IMG/VR virus record: IMGVR_UViG_3300005764_000081
Location: 1 to 25,086 of that record
From: a virus
Lineage: Duplodnaviria > Caudoviricetes
DNA: 25,086 nt
Strand: one strand, 5' to 3'
Below, in pieces: positions 23,281-25,086 of this stretch (the first letter of the stretch is position 1; every line of letters begins with the position of its first letter). The notes below the pieces were generated by a model. That model was not told where the DNA came from. It searched no databases and worked only from the letters and a program-made list of their open reading frames with translations. The translations under genes were made by a program, and so were the position numbers.

Positions 23281-23472
23281 TTATCCAACGTTCTGGCCCC
23301 CCTTAACCATTTCTGCGCCGGCGATCACTTTCGGGATGACCTTGCCGTGGTAATGCATCCCGATCACCGGCGTTGACGCTGCAGGGACGGCAGCGGCAAC
23401 CGGGGCGCCGATAACGCCCAGCGCGCCAGCACTGATGGCGATCCCGCAAGCGAGCCTCTTGATTCTTGACAT
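23281..23472 (-). CDS. Small secreted peptide
   Basis: GGAAGGAG RBS; Sec-type signal peptide (MSRIKR, hydrophobic core, VAAA) and short mature part. Confidence 0.65.
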   Translation of the reverse strand: MSRIKRLACGIAISAGALGVIGAPVAAAVPAASTPVIGMHYHGKVIPKVIAGAEMVKGGQNVG

Positions 23473-23577
23473 GGGGGGTTCTCCTTCCCGCCAAGTGTTA
23501 AACGTGTCCCGACCCTAAGCCTTGCCGGCGAACCTTGCAAGAGCCTTGACGGTTACCTTGCATCCCAGGCCAGGGCG

Positions 23578-23847
23578 CTAGCCCAGCCTCATGACGTGCA
23601 ACTCAACCATGATCGCGGACACGTCGACCGTGCACGCCTCACGCCTCAGCAAGCGTCCCGCCTCCCCTGGCACGCTGGCCGGCTCTGTGCTGGTGATGAG
23701 CGCCAGCCCAAGCCACCCGCCAGGCAGCGGGCGGGCAAACCCTTGACACGCCTTACGGATCCTTACGTCAAGCTCCGTCATTGCATGTTCCGTGTATGAC
23801 TCGCCGGCTGGCGTTTCAAACCTGGCGAGCACAAGATATTGGGTCAT
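23578..23847 (-). CDS. Hypothetical protein
   Basis: 89-aa ORF divergent from the tRNA. Confidence 0.55.
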   Translation of the reverse strand: MTQYLVLARFETPAGESYTEHAMTELDVRIRKACQGFARPLPGGWLGLALITSTEPASVPGEAGRLLRREACTVDVSAIMVELHVMRLG

Positions 23848-23867
23848 GGCAGCGGATCATATCACGA

Positions 23868-23941
23868 GGCGGGATGGCGCAGTTCGGCAGCGCGTTGGCC
23901 TCATACGCCAAAGGTCACAGGTTCAAATCCTGTTCCCGCCC
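23868..23941 (+). tRNA. tRNA with CAT anticodon (elongator Met or Ile2 type)
   Basis: Full cloverleaf: acceptor GGCGGGA/TCCCGCC, D stem GCGC/GCGC, anticodon stem TTGGC/GCCAA with loop CTCATAC, T arm ACAGG-TTCAAAT-CCTGT; CCA not encoded. Confidence 0.93.
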
Positions 23942-23962
23942 CTAAACGTAAATGGATTGGTA

Positions 23963-24484
23963 ATGTTGGTAAACCCTGGCGATTTGCTCGCAACTAAAAG
24001 CACGGGCACGGGCAGCTTCCTAATACGCCTAGGCGCCGCCTTGCGTGACCGCCCCAACTTGGTTAACCATATTGCCATTGTGCATCATGTTGACGCTCAG
24101 GGTGTTACGTGGTGCATTGAGGGCCGGCCTGGTGGCGTTGGCTGGCGGGACGCCAGCGACTATCTCAGCAACCGCCACACCTTCGGCAATGGCAGTCAGC
24201 CCAAGACTGATGCCCAGCGGGATGAGGTTTGCAAGGGCGCGGTTGCCCTGTTGGGCACGCCTTACGATTGGGAGGCCATAGCGCAAGACGCTGCCGGCGC
24301 CTTCGGACTCGATAAGGCATGGGAGCTGCGCTGGGGCAAGGCGGGCACGGTACCCGGGCACGTCGTATGCAGTTCGCTCGCGGCGTACCTCTATGCCAGC
24401 GCTGGCCTTGACTGTCCTGAGGGTGACCGGGAGGTTACGCCAGGGGATTGGCTTGGGTTGTGGTTGGAGCGTGGATGGGAATGA
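23963..24484 (+). CDS. Permuted papain-like NlpC/P60 (YiiX/YaeF-like) cysteine hydrolase
   Basis: PGDLL, NHIAIV (His first), GTPYD, VCSSL (Cys second), VTPGD; ATG 23963 downstream of the tRNA. Confidence 0.85.
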   Translation: MLVNPGDLLATKSTGTGSFLIRLGAALRDRPNLVNHIAIVHHVDAQGVTWCIEGRPGGVGWRDASDYLSNRHTFGNGSQPKTDAQRDEVCKGAVALLGTPYDWEAIAQDAAGAFGLDKAWELRWGKAGTVPGHVVCSSLAAYLYASAGLDCPEGDREVTPGDWLGLWLERGWE

Positions 24485-24762
24485 CGCTCAACGGGGCTGA
24501 GTATGAGCCTGACCCGTTGCCATCAGTGCAGCCATACCGGCGCATAACCCGGCGCGACTGTCGTTGTGTGTTCCGTCCTGGCGTCCCGCTCACAATGAGC
24601 GCCTGTGATTGCGGTTATTGGTGGCTGGCGTCGTCACGGTTCCCGCATCGTTGGCGTCCCATCAGTAAGGCGCTGGTCTTCCGTGTTTGGTGGCGTCAAC
24701 TGTCTAAGGATATTGATACTGCCTTTGGCATGACTCGTGCATCCTTATGGCAGGCAGCATAA
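24481..24762 (+). CDS. Hypothetical protein
   Basis: ATGA overlap; CRC and CDC motifs. Confidence 0.6.
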   Translation: MTLNGAEYEPDPLPSVQPYRRITRRDCRCVFRPGVPLTMSACDCGYWWLASSRFPHRWRPISKALVFRVWWRQLSKDIDTAFGMTRASLWQAA

Positions 24763-25018
24763 GACCTTGAGGCGTGCCGCTATTGATGCGCTTGAGGACG
24801 GGGCGCCTTGCCCTTTGTGTGGCAAGCCGATGTTCAGATATCAGCCATTGGATTACGATCACATTACGCCGCTGTCAATGGGTGGTAAGCCTGATGGGCC
24901 ACGCAGGTTGACGCACGCGCGTTGTAACAGGTCTATTGGCGGGCGTATAGGGGGCCATAGGGCACGGCCGCAATTTAAAAAGCAATTGAATAATCGAAAG
25001 CGTTTGCCGAAGTGGTGA
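24737..25018 (+). CDS. HNH endonuclease
   Basis: CPLCG...DHITPLSMGG...HARCN. Confidence 0.9.
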   Translation: MHPYGRQHKTLRRAAIDALEDGAPCPLCGKPMFRYQPLDYDHITPLSMGGKPDGPRRLTHARCNRSIGGRIGGHRARPQFKKQLNNRKRLPKW

Positions 25019-25086
25019 GCTGCGATTTGTAGGAATCGTCAACGGCAGCCGAACGCGAATTCGATTTTTAGGAATTACAGGGCGAG

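Larger units (their letters stand above)
1..25086. mobile_element. Temperate actinobacteriophage genome segment (integration cassette and replication arm), probably non-integrated form
   Basis: Serine integrase, Lsr2, split primase, RecA-like ATPase, Cas4-like exonuclease, resolvase, tRNA and HNH; dense small ORFs with ATGA/GTGA overlaps; no host housekeeping genes; candidate attP appears intact. Confidence 0.9.

Noticed and set aside
22931-23290. Short ORFs between the AT-rich block and the secreted peptide gene
   Set aside because: No convincing RBS or motifs; cannot be supported from the sequence alone
23792-23962. N-terminal extension of the NlpC/P60 ORF
   Set aside because: Overlaps the tRNA and the opposite-strand gene; the domain starts at ATG 23963

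Overview
High-GC DNA that reads as the non-structural half of a temperate actinobacteriophage. No capsid, tail, terminase or DNA polymerase genes are recognisable. Layout: (i) 1-5409, small accessory genes, including a 73-aa protein ending in -PLVGG paired with a Cys-containing partner, and a GIY-YIG nuclease; (ii) 5584-7955, integration/control module with an HTH-Nudix fusion (degenerate Nudix box), a candidate intact attP and a large serine integrase; (iii) about 7960-11100, a rightward cassette with two copies of a 14-bp palindrome in its promoters, repeated gene-junction motifs, a lipoprotein and a ribbon-helix-helix protein; (iv) 11120-22605, a long leftward, translationally coupled replication/DNA-metabolism operon (two-domain Lsr2, DUF4406/dNTP-diphosphohydrolase fusion, split primase, SAM methyltransferase, resolvase, two DNA methyltransferases, Cas4-like exonuclease, RecA/DnaB-like ATPase, PRTase); (v) an AT-rich, palindrome-dense non-coding block at about 22610-22880, a tRNA-CAT, a permuted NlpC/P60 protein and an HNH nuclease. 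The best candidate for an undescribed system is the two-gene diGly protein + Cys-partner cassette at 1537-2234. All calls come from motif recognition by eye; no database searches were run.
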